From Epiperipatus broadwayi (taxonomy: Eukaryota > Animalia > Onychophora): DNA of 64,000 nucleotides. The notes beneath the pieces are model-generated. The model ran no database searches, had not been told where the DNA came from, and saw only the letters and a list, made by a program, of their open reading frames with translations. Location of the stretch: positions 13,268,001 to 13,332,000 of the forward strand of contig JAQFVV010000006.1 of the NCBI GenBank assembly GCA_028023455.1. Reading direction: 5' to 3'. The translations under genes were made by a program, and so were the position numbers. This document shows, piece by piece, positions 39,729 through 51,770 of the stretch (within the stretch, counting starts at the first letter, position 1; every line of letters begins with the position of its first letter).

Positions 39729-40152
39729 GATATATGTAATATTCAAATTTATATGTATATATTAATACAATAATATTCACACAAATTTAAAGTTATTTTA
39801 TTAAAAGTACTTTCGACTACATTCTTTGTCATCTTTGTCAACTATATAACGTTGAATAGACATAATTTCATAATTCCCATAATTCAATTCAGTTCTCCCA
39901 CAATTCTGTTATTTTAATGTTTGATGATTGCCGATTCATTAACATTTGACGATTTCTTGAAATTAATACAGCCTCTTTAATTTTACGTTATTGTGGCTAC
40001 GTTCAATTTATATAATTTTTATAATCAAATTTAAATCTGTATTTACAAGTTTTATTATGATCAAATATAACAGATGATGAAGGTTTATTTTTATTTTTTG
40101 TGTGAATATTGCTGTATTTAATATATATATAAATTTGAATATTACGTATATT
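39729..40152 (-). mobile_element. Penelope-like element remnant: GIY-YIG C-terminus, HHR-like motif and inverted terminal copy
   Basis: Minus strand encodes SSVIFDHNKTCKYRFKF...RKIKEAVLISRN...LMN...ELW, then GATGAC...GTCGAAAGTACTT (39803-39840); 39729-39800 is inverted at 40082-40152. Confidence 0.7.
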
Positions 40153-40559
40153 TTGGACAGAAAACAGACATCAAACTTAATTTATTATATATAAAGAGAA
40201 ATAAATAATACACATGCAGACATAAAAAAGTCATATATATATATATCTAATTTTTCTGTACCCGTAGACATTCACGATGTATAAATAGTATGATATATAA
40301 ATAATATATAAAGTTTTATTGGTAGCAGGTGTTGCATTTTCAAAAGAATTGGCATGTTTACTACCACTAAAATTGAAGGATATAAACCACAAAATTCTAT
40401 CCATTAATTACCTGCACAGAAATCAATACTGGTATAAAGTTTGAATACAAAATAACTTTTGAAAAACTGTTAAAATTTTACTATCCTTTTTTTTTTTTTT
40501 AAAAAAAAAAAAACCTTTATCTCTCATAAAGCTTTTCAAAAGTTCTTAGCCTAAATGTT

Positions 40560-41400
40560 ATAGCAGAATAAAATAGAAAGACCAAAAGTATGAAAATGAG
40601 GGGGAAAGCATAGGCCAATGAGAATGAAAAAGAAAAGCTTGGAAAATAAAAATAAGAATGGGATGAATAAAAGGATGAGGATAAAAAAAAGAAAATCATT
40701 AAAAAAATCATAAAGGAAAAGCAAAAAAGATGATGAGAAAAAAAAATAGGAGTATGAAAATGAAAAAAGCATAGAAAGGTCATATAGAAAATGAGAGACA
40801 TTAAAAAAATGACAGTGAAAAGAGAATCATAAGGATACGGGAAAAAGTGTGGAAAGATAATGATGAGAAAGAGCACAGTTAAAAAATGAGAATAAAATCA
40901 GAAGCATAAGAATGACAAAAAATGCATAGAAAGATAAGGATGAGAAAGAGCACAGTTAAAAAAATGAATATGAAAAGAGAAGCACAAGAATGAAGAAAAA
41001 GCATAGCAAGACAAGGATGAAAAAGAACACATTTTAAAAAATTAGAATGAAAACAGAAGCATAAGAAAGAGAAAAAAAGCATAGAAAAATAAGGGTGAGA
41101 AAAGGCACAGTTAAAAAAATGAGAATGAAAAAAGAAAAAAGCATAGAAAGATAAGGATGAGAAAGAGCACAGTTAAAAAAATAAGAATGAAAAGAGAAGC
41201 ATAAAGATGAGAAAAAGGACTAGAAAAATAAGGATGAGAAAGTGCACAGTTAAATAAAATCAGAATGAAAAGGGAAGCATAAGGATGAGAAAAAGTGTGA
41301 AAAGATAAGGATGAGAAAGAGCATAGTTAAAAATTGAGAATGAAAAGCATAAAAATGAGAAAAAAGTGTAGAAAGATAAGGATGAAAAAGAGCACAGAAA
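40560..41400. repeat. Purine-rich minisatellite, ~55-65 bp unit
   Basis: GATAAGGATGAGAAAGAGCACAGTTAAAAAAATGAGAATGAAAAGAGAAGCATAAG and variants, more than 10 copies. Confidence 0.9.
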
Positions 41401-41509
41401 GTATCTTCAGTCTAATTATCTATACTAGGTAAGTTTATAAAACAATAAAGTTATCCATAATAAGATTTAAATTTTTAAAATTAATAAAAAAGAACGTGGA
41501 TACTTGAAC

Positions 41510-41655
41510 ACCACACCACATGACCCTCTATCTTCGTGGTTAAGAGCAATGGTAAAGTTGCAAGCTCTGGAGCTCAGATTTATGGATTGCAAACCATATC
41601 TGTCACTTCTAGTGCTCAATTTTTTTATGAACTCTGAAACAATAAACCATTTGAT
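41510..41655 (+). mobile_element. tRNA-like SINE (family E); further copies near 5-190, 817-935, 5600-5770, 9747-9880, 13540-13660, 36160-36290, 39480-39580, 61060-61210 and 63395-63520
   Basis: Shared CTCTGGAGCTC head segment and TTATGAACTC...CAATAAACCAT tail. Confidence 0.55.
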
Positions 41656-41819
41656 TATTTTGCACACGACCTCTAAAGCAACATACTAGACAAATATTTT
41701 TTTATTTATTAATAAAAACAATTCATTTGAAGGAGTAATTTTTATTCAATTGTCTTTAACTCAATAGATTTTATTTATTTCCTTATTTGTCTGTAATTCA
41801 ATAAACAGGTAATGACTAC

Positions 41820-42325
41820 TATACAAAAAAATTGAAACAATTGTAACTATTTTACAGCTTGGCACTGCTTTCAATCATGCTGATCATATTCATAGCACAA
41901 AGACAGGCAAATGTGAAAACAAATGTTTGGATTAATTAATATGCAAATTTGTAAATTTACATATACCACTTGCATGATAGTGCAACACACGAATCTTTTA
42001 TTTATAGGGTGAGTATAGTTTAAAATCAGATCAACTCGGGCCACAATTTTGATCCGCTTAACATTAAAATAGTTTGCGCTGAGAGTTAGGATCGAAAGAG
42101 AAAATACAATGAGGCATGGTTTATACAAACAACACCCACACAATAAAAAAGAGATTTATGTGTTGCACTATCATGCAAATAGTATGTGTAAATTTACAAA
42201 TTTGCATATTAATTAATCCAAACATTCATTTTTCTATTAACCTGTAAAACTATGAGTATGACCATCCTAGTTGAAAGCTGTGCTAAACTGTAAAATAGTT
42301 ACAACTGTTTAACCTTTCCTGTATA
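41820..42325. mobile_element. Fold-back/MITE with ~185-bp inverted arms and a ~135-bp spacer
   Basis: AATTGTAACTATTTTACAG / CTGTAAAATAGTTACAAC; TTTGGATTAATTAATATGCAAATTTGTAAATTTAC / GTAAATTTACAAATTTGCATATTAATTAATCCAAA. Confidence 0.85.
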
Positions 42326-42355
42326 CAGGATCTTCTTTATTTATTAAGTTGTCTT

Positions 42356-42540
42356 TATGTTTAAATGCATTAAAACACAGTTAACGATGAAGCTAAGTAC
42401 GTAATTGGTTGAGCGCTTTCGAGAAAAATACAAATTATAGTATTAATTGGCTGAGCCTTTTTTCAAAAGTGCTCAACCAATTAGTATTACAATTTGTACT
42501 TAGATTCACCATTGCCTGTGTTTTAGTGCATTTAGACATA
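42356..42540. mobile_element. Small fold-back MITE
   Basis: TATGTTTAAATGCATTAAAACACAG / CTGTGTTTTAGTGCATTTAGACATA; internal AATTGGTTGAGC / GCTCAACCAATT. Confidence 0.75.
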
Positions 42541-42599
42541 ATACTTGTTTAATTGGGAAGTCTACATTTCTTTTATTCTTAAGTCTTTAGTAAATAAAA

Positions 42600-43345
42600 T
42601 TTAACACATAAAATGAACAATGGCAAAACTCTCCATACAGTAGTGCCACCCTGTCCCAAACAGAGTAATCAATGGATGCCAGAAGGCTTGTGCATAAAAT
42701 CCCTATCTAGTGCCTACTCATCCAATATCCCCAGACTAGTTTCTGGCTTGTGGCCTTCGTCAGTGAGTAGCCTTGGATCTGAGAGCACTGCACCTAGATC
42801 TTAGGATCTAATGGAACCCTCCAGCAGCCACTACTGTATGGAGAGTTTTGCCTTTGTTTACAACAATTGTGTGCTAGTATAGAGATGGTGATCATATGAT
42901 GTTTAGTGGTTTAACACCAATCCTGCCTAATAGGATAGTGGTGGCTATGGTTGTTTAAGAGCCAAAGACACCAAAATGTATGGGTGCTGAATTGAGTTCA
43001 GACGCATATGACTATATAAGATATTGATCTTAGATTGAAAATATTATTGTGTTTTTAATTTCATTCTCATAGTTTTGTAGTAAAGTAGAGTTAAAAGGTG
43101 GCTGCTGGAGGGTTGCATTAGATCCTAAGATCTAGGTGCAGTGCTCTCAGATCCAAGGCTCCTCACTGACAAAGGTCACAAGCCAGAAACTAGTCTGGGG
43201 ATATTGGATGAGTAGGCACTAGATAGGGATTTTATGCACAAGCCTTCTGGCATCCATTGATTACTCTGTTTGGCACAGGGTGGCACTACTATATGGAAAG
43301 TTTTGCCTTTGTTTACAACAATTATATGCTAGTATAGAGATGGTG
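42600..43345. mobile_element. Family A locus A-5: inverted partial copy plus more than one full monomer (period 455 bp); HHRs at 42721-42779 (minus) and 43150-43209 (plus)
   Basis: CTACT(G/A)TATGGA(G/A)AGTTTTGCCTTTGTTTACAACAATT at 42831 and 43286; minus-strand HHR CTGACGA AGGC CACAA GCCA GAAA CTAG TC TGGGG. Confidence 0.9.
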
Positions 43346-43739
43346 ATCATGTGATAAAATGAACACACAGAACATTAAGCCAATAAAAGAAACATCAAAA
43401 TTTCCCAAAATTCATCACTTTGGAAGAAAATTACAAGTTCAGTGTTCAAAATATTACTCCATACACACATGCATATCGTTTTGTTAGAAAGCTTGTTGCT
43501 AAAGTTTACTTACTGTATAGTACATCATATATCAGAGCAACTATTTCAATCTTTTTCTGTAAATATTTATGAGATATATTTACTTTTATAAGAAATAGTA
43601 AAACAAATAACATAGATTATGAAAAGAAATTTTAATATAAAAAGATTTTAACAGATAAATTAGTGAAGAAATCAAATAATAATATATTAAAGTCAAAACC
43701 TGAGTGGATAAGCAACTGAAATAACTTATCACTCTAAAC

Positions 43740-46379
43740 CAGGGGTTACAATCTTTTTATGCTCACACCCCTAACAAATTTTAATATGTTTTCACACTCC
43801 TTAAAGTAATAATTTATTTAAGAACAAAAATGAAGTTGACCAAAACAAATTTGTGTAATCAATTTTTAATAATACATAAACAAAAATATGTAAATTAATA
43901 CACTGTACAGGTTTAGACACACCTGCACATATATAATGTAATATATAAGGGATTCGAACTCAGACTTTCACATGACCCTCAGCTCTCCATGCCATCTCAT
44001 ATTGCTGACCCACCTGATCATACACATGTTGAAACGATAAATAGTCACAAAAATAAAACATGGAAAAGAAAAAATATTACAACTAAAAGTTGCATAAACC
44101 CTACAAAAAAATTAAATTTTTATCCATGCATGAAATTTCTTTAAAAAAATTGTAATTAATGTTCAAATATTTATAAGCCAATTTAAATTTAATGCCTTTT
44201 TTGTTCTTGTTTATTGCATAAAAACTTTTCAAAACATGCATTTTGTGATAGCAATCTGCATGCCTGCCTGCACTCAAGTGATTTCTAGATTGTCTTTATT
44301 AACAAAAGGACATTAAATCCAGACTTGCATAAGTATGTCATTGCGAATTGGATGAGCACAGTTAGTGCTTTTCCACAAAGTTTTGGAAATATGTCCGTTG
44401 CCGAATACCATATTGTTCCAAAGTTTTGCTTTCAAACTGCATGTCAAGAACATGATTTGAGTGCAGTTCAAAAAGATCTACCTTCAGCTCTTCATCATCC
44501 AACATATCCAAATTTAAGGAATATGGATTTATAATCCATTTTTCAGAAGTTTCCAGTTCTCCAAAATATCCATTAAATAATGACTTTGGTACCATTTCCA
44601 AATGATTCACAGTTTTTCACATACACTTGGAATTAGAGACTCTTCATCATCAATTATTTCTTCAAGTAATGGAAAACTTGAAAGATTTCCTTTTTTAACC
44701 CATCGACACCAAAGATGTAGCTTTTCTTGGAAAGCATTTAACTTTTCTCAGCATTTCAATATATTTACACCTTTTCCTTGGATAGATATACTCAGGTCAT
44801 TCATACAAGTAAAAATATCACCCAATTAAGCTATCATTTGGGTGAATTCTTGCAAATTTCATTTCTCCAGGAAGATCATTGTCATGTACTTTCAGAAAAG
44901 ATTTGGCTTCTTCTCGCAGTTTGAAGAAGGGCATTAAAGCTCTCCCATATGACAGCCAGAAGACTTCCATGTGGAAAACCAAAACTGAATGCTCACTTCC
45001 AAAATCTTCACAAAGCAACGTAAAAAGATGGTGGTTCAGAGCACAATCCCTAATCCAGTTGATGGTCTCCACAGATGTGTCCTTGACTTTTTTCAACTTT
45101 GGAAGCAAGGTGATGCCAAAGCATGTCGACAAAAAAAACCAATGGATATTTTTCAAGTGCAAAATCTTTTGTTTCATCAGTGCAAAAAAAAAATCCTGAT
45201 TTATTTCCTAGTATAGCAGAAACACTATCGGTATACAGAGAACCAATAATTTGGATATCTAAGTCATATTTTGCAAAGTGGACTGTAAGACATCTTTTCC
45301 TTTTGTGGTTATTTTCAGATCTTCATAGAAATAGGAAATCTTCCATTATGACACCATCATGGACATACCTCATTAATGCAATGAGGTGACTGTAATTTGC
45401 AACATCAGGTTGTTTTGTCCAACTGGACAGATATTTTCAAGGAACAAGCTGTTATATTTATGATAATTTGGTCCAAAATCAAACACAAATCACCAATCTG
45501 GCTCTGAATAACATTATTTGATAACAATACTAAATTAAACTAGTTTGAGGCTTCTTTTCCCAAAACAATTGTTGCCATTTCTAATACACATGATTTTATC
45601 ACCTCTTCTGCAGTTGTTTGAATTTGGCATACACCATGTAGTATGAAGCCATCAGCAATGGTTTGAAAGCAGATATAAAACCTAAATTTTGGAAGTGTTG
45701 CTCGAGAATTAAAGTGGGCCCTTTTAGCTTTCAATGATTCAATGTCATGGCCTGCAATATCTGCCCCACCATGCCAGTTGTTGAAGTGTTCCAGAAGCCA
45801 AGATGGCTCCATATTTGCACTTGAAAAGACAGCATCACAAAAAAATATGCACATGGACTTTTGGAGATTCTCAGTTGTTCCGGTGCAAGTGAAACCAAAC
45901 TGCACATAATCATCATTCCATTTCTTTTTCTTTGACATAATGAAGGGTTTAATTAATAATTTAAGAATTATAATCTGAAAAAAAACTAAGAATAAAGTTA
46001 ATTAGAAGAAAACTAACAATAAATAATATAACATTAAATATAATCACACCATTTATTAGAGAGACATATGAAATGAGCACTGCATAAACACAGAATCAAC
46101 AATGCACTGACTACCATAGCATCATTCATAGGTTTATATACACTGTGAAACATTCTAGAACATTCTCTAATATACATCATGTGATATCAGAGATTAGTTC
46201 TTATTACTTCTGAAAGTTTCTCAAATCACGGTCATGTGAATACATTACATAAATAAATGATAAATAAAAATTGAATATAATTCTCAAATATATAGGACAG
46301 TACCCTTATTATAAACAAAAAACTGAAAGGTTATCTTGCACCCCCAAGGAGTTCAAGCACCCCTGGTTGTAAAACACTG
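43740..46379 (-). mobile_element. Complete but decayed Buster/Charlie-type hAT transposon (ZBED5/SCAND3-like transposase)
   Basis: TIRs CAGGGGTTACAA / TTGTAAAACACTG; 8-bp TSD CTCTAAAC / CTCTAAGT (nnnTAnnn); ORF pieces MSKKKKWNDDYVQFGFTC, HMEVFWLSYGRAL and FQKHFHKT-region fragments. Confidence 0.9.
43935..44050 (-). mobile_element. Family B2 3' fragment inserted in the hAT element
   Basis: GGGATTCGAACTCAGACTTTCACATGACCCTCAGCTCTCCATGCCATCTCATATTGCTGACCCACCTGATCA, near-identical to ~26640-26715. Confidence 0.85.
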
Positions 46380-46619
46380 CTCTAAGTGATGTACATTTAT
46401 ATATATTTAAGTAAACAATATAATATAAAATATCATTACATAACAGTGACATCCTATATATGTATTACAAGAATAATGGAGAAAAGTTTTTATCAACAAA
46501 ATTTATGCTCTTCTCTATGTGATTATAATTATTTTAAAACTGATACGATGTGCTATGACTTCTCCTTTATGGAAGACAAGAATATTTAAGCTACTATACC
46601 TAGAAAAATCTGTTAAGCA

Positions 46620-47990
46620 CATTATCTTCCCTTTCCATTGCCCATTCTAAGTTTTTCCCATATTCTTCTCCATCCTGTTCCATCTCATTTCCACAACATC
46701 ATCTTTGTCCACTCTATGGCCTTTATATCTAGATCTCCTTATTTTTTTTCCAAACCCAGCATAAAACCAAGAACCCACTTGCTTTATAATCACTTTGTTT
46801 ATATTTATTCTCTCACAACTTCATTATCTGTACCCTTTTTGCTTGTAAGCATTTACATTCAACTAGCAAATGCTTAATATTTTTCATGCCTCCCTTACAA
46901 AACTTATAGACTAAATCATTTACATTTCTGCATTTATTTATATATTCCCTTATTGCTAATGATCCTGTTTGAGTCTTAAACAGTAAACTACTTTCCTTGC
47001 TATTAAAGTAAACTAATTCGTCCCTAATATTCTGTTTACTTCTATATATATTTAAACTCTTTTTATTCTCCATACTAGTTCTCCATCACTCAAATCTCTA
47101 TTTTTTATTAATGCACCTATTCTTCTATCCCATTCCTTGCCACTATAACACTCAACAATCCTCCTAACACAATCATCCCACCTTTTGTACAAGTTTACTG
47201 GCATAAAGTCTTTATCCAAATCTTATGCATACTGTACTATCTTCCTCACCCATCTTGTTTCTTGTGCTTTAGTTGTAACACAATTAAATACTATTTTGGC
47301 TATTCTCTTACTATCCATAAACTGCAACTATTGAACATTTTCATTTTGCTTTTTGTAATTCTCATATAAAAACTTGACCACATCATTTCTTCTTGAATTA
47401 CCTCCTTTGCCATCCACATATTTGCATGTATTGCATGTCTTTCTACTTCTTTTAGTATATTTTCTAAGTAATCTATCACCCCTTTTCTAATACATAATGG
47501 ATTATTACCATAAGTTAATCCTGCTATTGCCACTCCCTTCCATACAGTTCTTGCTAAATCATATTTATTATATGAAAATCATTAATTTCTTTATCAGTCC
47601 CTTTCTTTTCTTTGCTTCATTTTTTTATTTTTTTCTCTTATTCATCCAAGCATTTTCTCTGATTATTTAAGACAGACAATTCCCAAATAGTTATACCTAT
47701 TAACCACATTTAACTTTATATCCTCCAATTAATATTTTTTATCTTTTCTTTTCCCCAGAATTTATCATCATTACTTTTGATTTTTCATCACTATATTTAA
47801 TCTCCATCTCTTTACTTAACCTTTTGCATATCTTCAGCATAACTTCCATATCTTCCCTACTTTCTGTGCACAAGAAAGATATCATCAGCAAATAAATGAC
47901 TTGATAATGTATACACTTCCTTGCCATCTATTAAAAGTACCTCAACCTTCTTCCTAGTTTTTCTATTGCTCTCTCTCCCCATTTTTCTCA
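46620..47990 (-). mobile_element. Non-LTR retrotransposon, RT C-terminal half plus CCHC motif (same family as 21845-22950)
   Basis: LFADD motif near 47890, KSKVMMIN, and CKGGMKNIKHLLVEC. Confidence 0.85.
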
Positions 47991-49057
47991 AATATAACAA
48001 AAACAAAATAGGTGGCATAGGTTATCCTTAACTTAGTACCAGCCCATGTTTAATTTTAATACAATAATGGTAATAGCTTAAAATTTAAAGAAAAAAACTA
48101 AAGTATTGATCTGAGACAGAAACCAGTCTAGGAAATGTATATAATAACAATATTATCCTGTATCTAGGGTACATTAATTCCTCCAGCTTAAAATAGATGG
48201 CTCTGAAGTAGAGTGAAGTGAAATGGTCTTAAAAACCAATGTAAAGAATAGGTTGAAAAAGTTAACTAATATTTCCCTGTGCAGAAAGATTATCTGCTTT
48301 ATCAAAATTAAAAAGACTTTTCTGTTTTAATTACTTATATATGTATGAATGTGAGAGTGCTTGTGTGTGTGTGTGTGTGTATGAAAGAGAAAAAAATTGT
48401 AAAAGGCACACTTAAAATTAAATAATTTCTATAACTAGATTGATCATAATTTCTAGACAGTAAATATTAAGCGCAAACATTAAAAAATATAATCTAATTT
48501 CCTGAAATTGAATTTGTTTTATCATAATTTATACACTTGCTTAGATATAATTTATGAATTAACTTCAATCATTTATCACCGCTTATGCGGTAATGTATCC
48601 TTTGCACTTAGAAATTAGCTAAATATTGGTAATGATATTAGCAACTTAGCTAAAATGTTAACCTTTTAAAAACCATTATTACTCTCTACTATCCTATAAC
48701 TTTTAAATATACGAATCATTTCCGAATGCTACTCTTATGTAAACTAAAAACACTGCTTTTGTTAAGCATAAGATTTAAGTCAATCTATATTATATAGCAA
48801 CATACTATTTATATATGCTAATTAATACCTTCATTATAGTTGATGTTGTTACTATTACTACTATTTAGTACTACTGTTGTTATAAAGTAATTTTAATTTA
48901 AATTATTTTCAAATAAAGTCAAACATTGCTGTGCATACATAATGGTGCACCCCAAATTCTGAAGTTGTTCTAATGTAAACAAACAATACTAACACACCCT
49001 TATAATACTTTTACATAATATAAATATACTATTTTATTATATTTGAACACTCAAAAA

Positions 49058-49760
49058 ATGTATGACAGTTTCGGCTCTCCAGCTGCTCTCTTCAGAACTA
49101 TTGATACACAACACATATAAGAACTCTGTATAACTCAATTGCTGATCTTAGCAACTATACAGTTATTATAAAGTCAAAGCATTGGTTTCTCAAATCAAAA
49201 CAGTTGGATTTTTAGTTAAGATTAATATAAATGCTCTTTCCATAAATATTTTTTAATCAGCTATAGTGAGATTATCCTAATATTGATGCCACTTGTTTTT
49301 CATATGGCCAAGATAAAGAAATAAGTATCCATTTTTCTTTATTTCAATGCAGTAACAAATGCCATGAATATCTTAGCCATTACTACACATCTTAATATAA
49401 TATCTTTACATGCATAAATTAATAAAACCATACAGCAAGGACTCTTTCTAAATATTAGAGTTATACTATTTATTATGTTTCCTCTATGGTTTCTAAGATG
49501 CCATTTGCCTTTAATCCTAATCCTATTAAATTCCAATAACTTTTCTTTAATAAAATGATATGGTTAAAACTAGAAATCAAACAGTATCCCCCTTTTCCCC
49601 CAAATATCCTGTGCAACCATAAAGAGTCTTTATCATTATCTAAAAGCTGATATATACAAAAGTGTTTGATCAAGTCAGAGTAAAAGAAAAATGGAACCTT
49701 AGAAACCCTGAAGATAATGTTGTGACTAATACTTGGAGACACCTTTCCTATTTAAGAACA
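49058..49760 (-). mobile_element. Penelope-like element remnant: GIY-YIG region, HHR-like motif and an inverted partial copy
   Basis: Minus: CTGAAGA GAGC...GCC GAAAC TGTC (49064-49095) follows KIFMERAFILILTKNPTVL (RxxEAxxI-like); FNRIRIKGKWHLRN on minus is mirrored by FDQVRVKEKWNLRN on plus (49665-49706). Confidence 0.55.
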
Positions 49761-50299
49761 ATTTGAGACCATTGTGCATTTTTTATGCTGTGCATAGAAA
49801 TAAAAAAAATATTAACTATTTTTTATCTCAACCACATACATAATATATATATAATTTAATGTCTATTCCTCACAATCTAATTTTTAAATAAAAATGTAGG
49901 TAGTCGATATATAAAAAAAAACAGCAATTGTTCTTAAAATTTCTACCAATTATAAGGAAATTTATAAAGAAAAAAAGGAAAGATTGTATAATGAAAGTAA
50001 TTGCGTCTTTCTAGATAATAAGATAGAAGACAGAATATTCAAAATCTTATATATAATACAGCTTAAGATATTAATAAGATTAATTATGAAATAAGTATAT
50101 GACAGATTGATTCCTTACCAGACAAATTTTTTTTGTGAAAGTTTCAGAAGAAATATTTTGAAGATTAAAATGGGAACTTAAGGAAGTAAAAATAAATGGA
50201 AATTATCTAAATCATCTAGATTTTGCAAAGAATGTGGTTGTTTTTACAAATACTGTCTCAGAGCTTCAAGAAATGTTGCAAAAGTTATTACATGAAAAT

Positions 50300-51085
50300 T
50301 AAACCACTAAAGATCACATGATCACCATTCTTTATGTTTACACAAGCTGTTTATACAGAATCAAAACTCTCTATACAGTAGCACCACTCAGTGCAAGCCA
50401 GAGTAATCAATGGATGCAGAAAGGTTTGTGCATGAAATCCCTATTTAGTGCCTACTCATCCAATATTCCCAGATTAGTTTCCATCTTATGGCTTTCATCA
50501 TAAACTAGAAACTAGTCTGGAGATATTGGATGAGTAGGCATTAGATAAGGATTTTATGTATAAACCTTCCAGCATCCATTGATTACTCTGGCTTGCACTG
50601 AGTGGCACTACTATATGCAGAGTTTTTGGTCTGTATAATCAGATTGTATAAGTATAAAAAATGGTGATCATATGTTTAGTGGTTTAATGCCAATCCTACC
50701 CAATAGAATCATGGTGACTATGGTTATTAAAGAACCAAAGACATCAAAAAGTATGGATGCTAAACTGAGTCATATCTATACAATTATTCAAGCTAGTCAG
50801 CTTGAATTGGAAACATTATTGTGTTTTCATTTTTGGTTCAAAGCTTTATAGTTAGCTAATAAGGTAAAAGGTGGCTACTGGAGGGTTGCATTAGATCCTA
50901 AGATCTAGGTGCAGTGCTCTTAGATCCAAGGCTCCTCGATAATGAAAGTCATAAGCTAGAAACTGGTATAGGGATATTGAATGAGTAGGTAATAGATAGG
51001 GATTTTATGCACAAACCTTCTTGCATCTATTGATTACTCTGGCTTACACTGAGTGGTGCTACTATATGGAGAGTTTTGCCTTAGA
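50300..51085. mobile_element. Family A locus A-6: inverted arm plus tandem sense units (period 451 bp)
   Basis: GAAACT(A/G)GT at 50508 and 50959; the antisense arm 50300-50500 ends inside HHR stem II. Confidence 0.85.
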
Positions 51086-51089
51086 TGAA

Positions 51090-51770
51090 AATTAAAAAGT
51101 ACGACTAAAGATAAATGCTACAAAAGTCTATTAAAATGGTGAATGTTTTGTTTGTCTGTTTTTGCCAAAAACAAAAATATATTGATAATATTGAATTAAA
51201 AGAAGTTAACAATTACAAATATTTGGGTCAAATTATTAACACTTATGGAAACATAATAAAATGAATCATAGAATTAAACCTGGATGGAGTGGTTTTGAAC
51301 AAAATAATCTGGTACTAAAAGAAAATATGCTTATGTTGGATAGAATCCATTTACCTATTATTGGGGGGGAGGAGCTTTGCCAATTCTTGCATATGAATCA
51401 GAGACCAATACCACAGGAGCATTGCAGAGATTTTAGATCATCCAGAGGAATATGAAGAGATGCATGTTGGGAGAAACAAAGAAGGATCAAAAGTAAAATA
51501 CATTAGTGATAAAAGAAACAGGTAATATTTATATTATTAAAAAATGGAGCTGGGCTGCACAGGTAGCAAAGTCAGTAGTTGGACAGCTGAAATCTTAAAC
51601 AGGATCCCAAGAAATTATAAGTTTTAAAAAGATATCGCATGTAAGATGGAGGAATGAGATAAGAAAGATTTCTGATTTGATGGGATAAAAGAAATAACGA
51701 ACTAGAAAATCTGGTTTAAACTTAGAAAAATATTCATTCTGCAATGAATTGATAATGATTGAAAATGATG
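51090..51770 (+). mobile_element. RTE LINE 3' fragment
   Basis: YKYLGQII (~51218) and WSWAAQVA / RWRNEIR motifs. Confidence 0.75.

Noticed and set aside
40517-41082. Phe/Leu-rich ORFs resembling membrane proteins
   Set aside because: They are the antisense reading of the purine-rich minisatellite.
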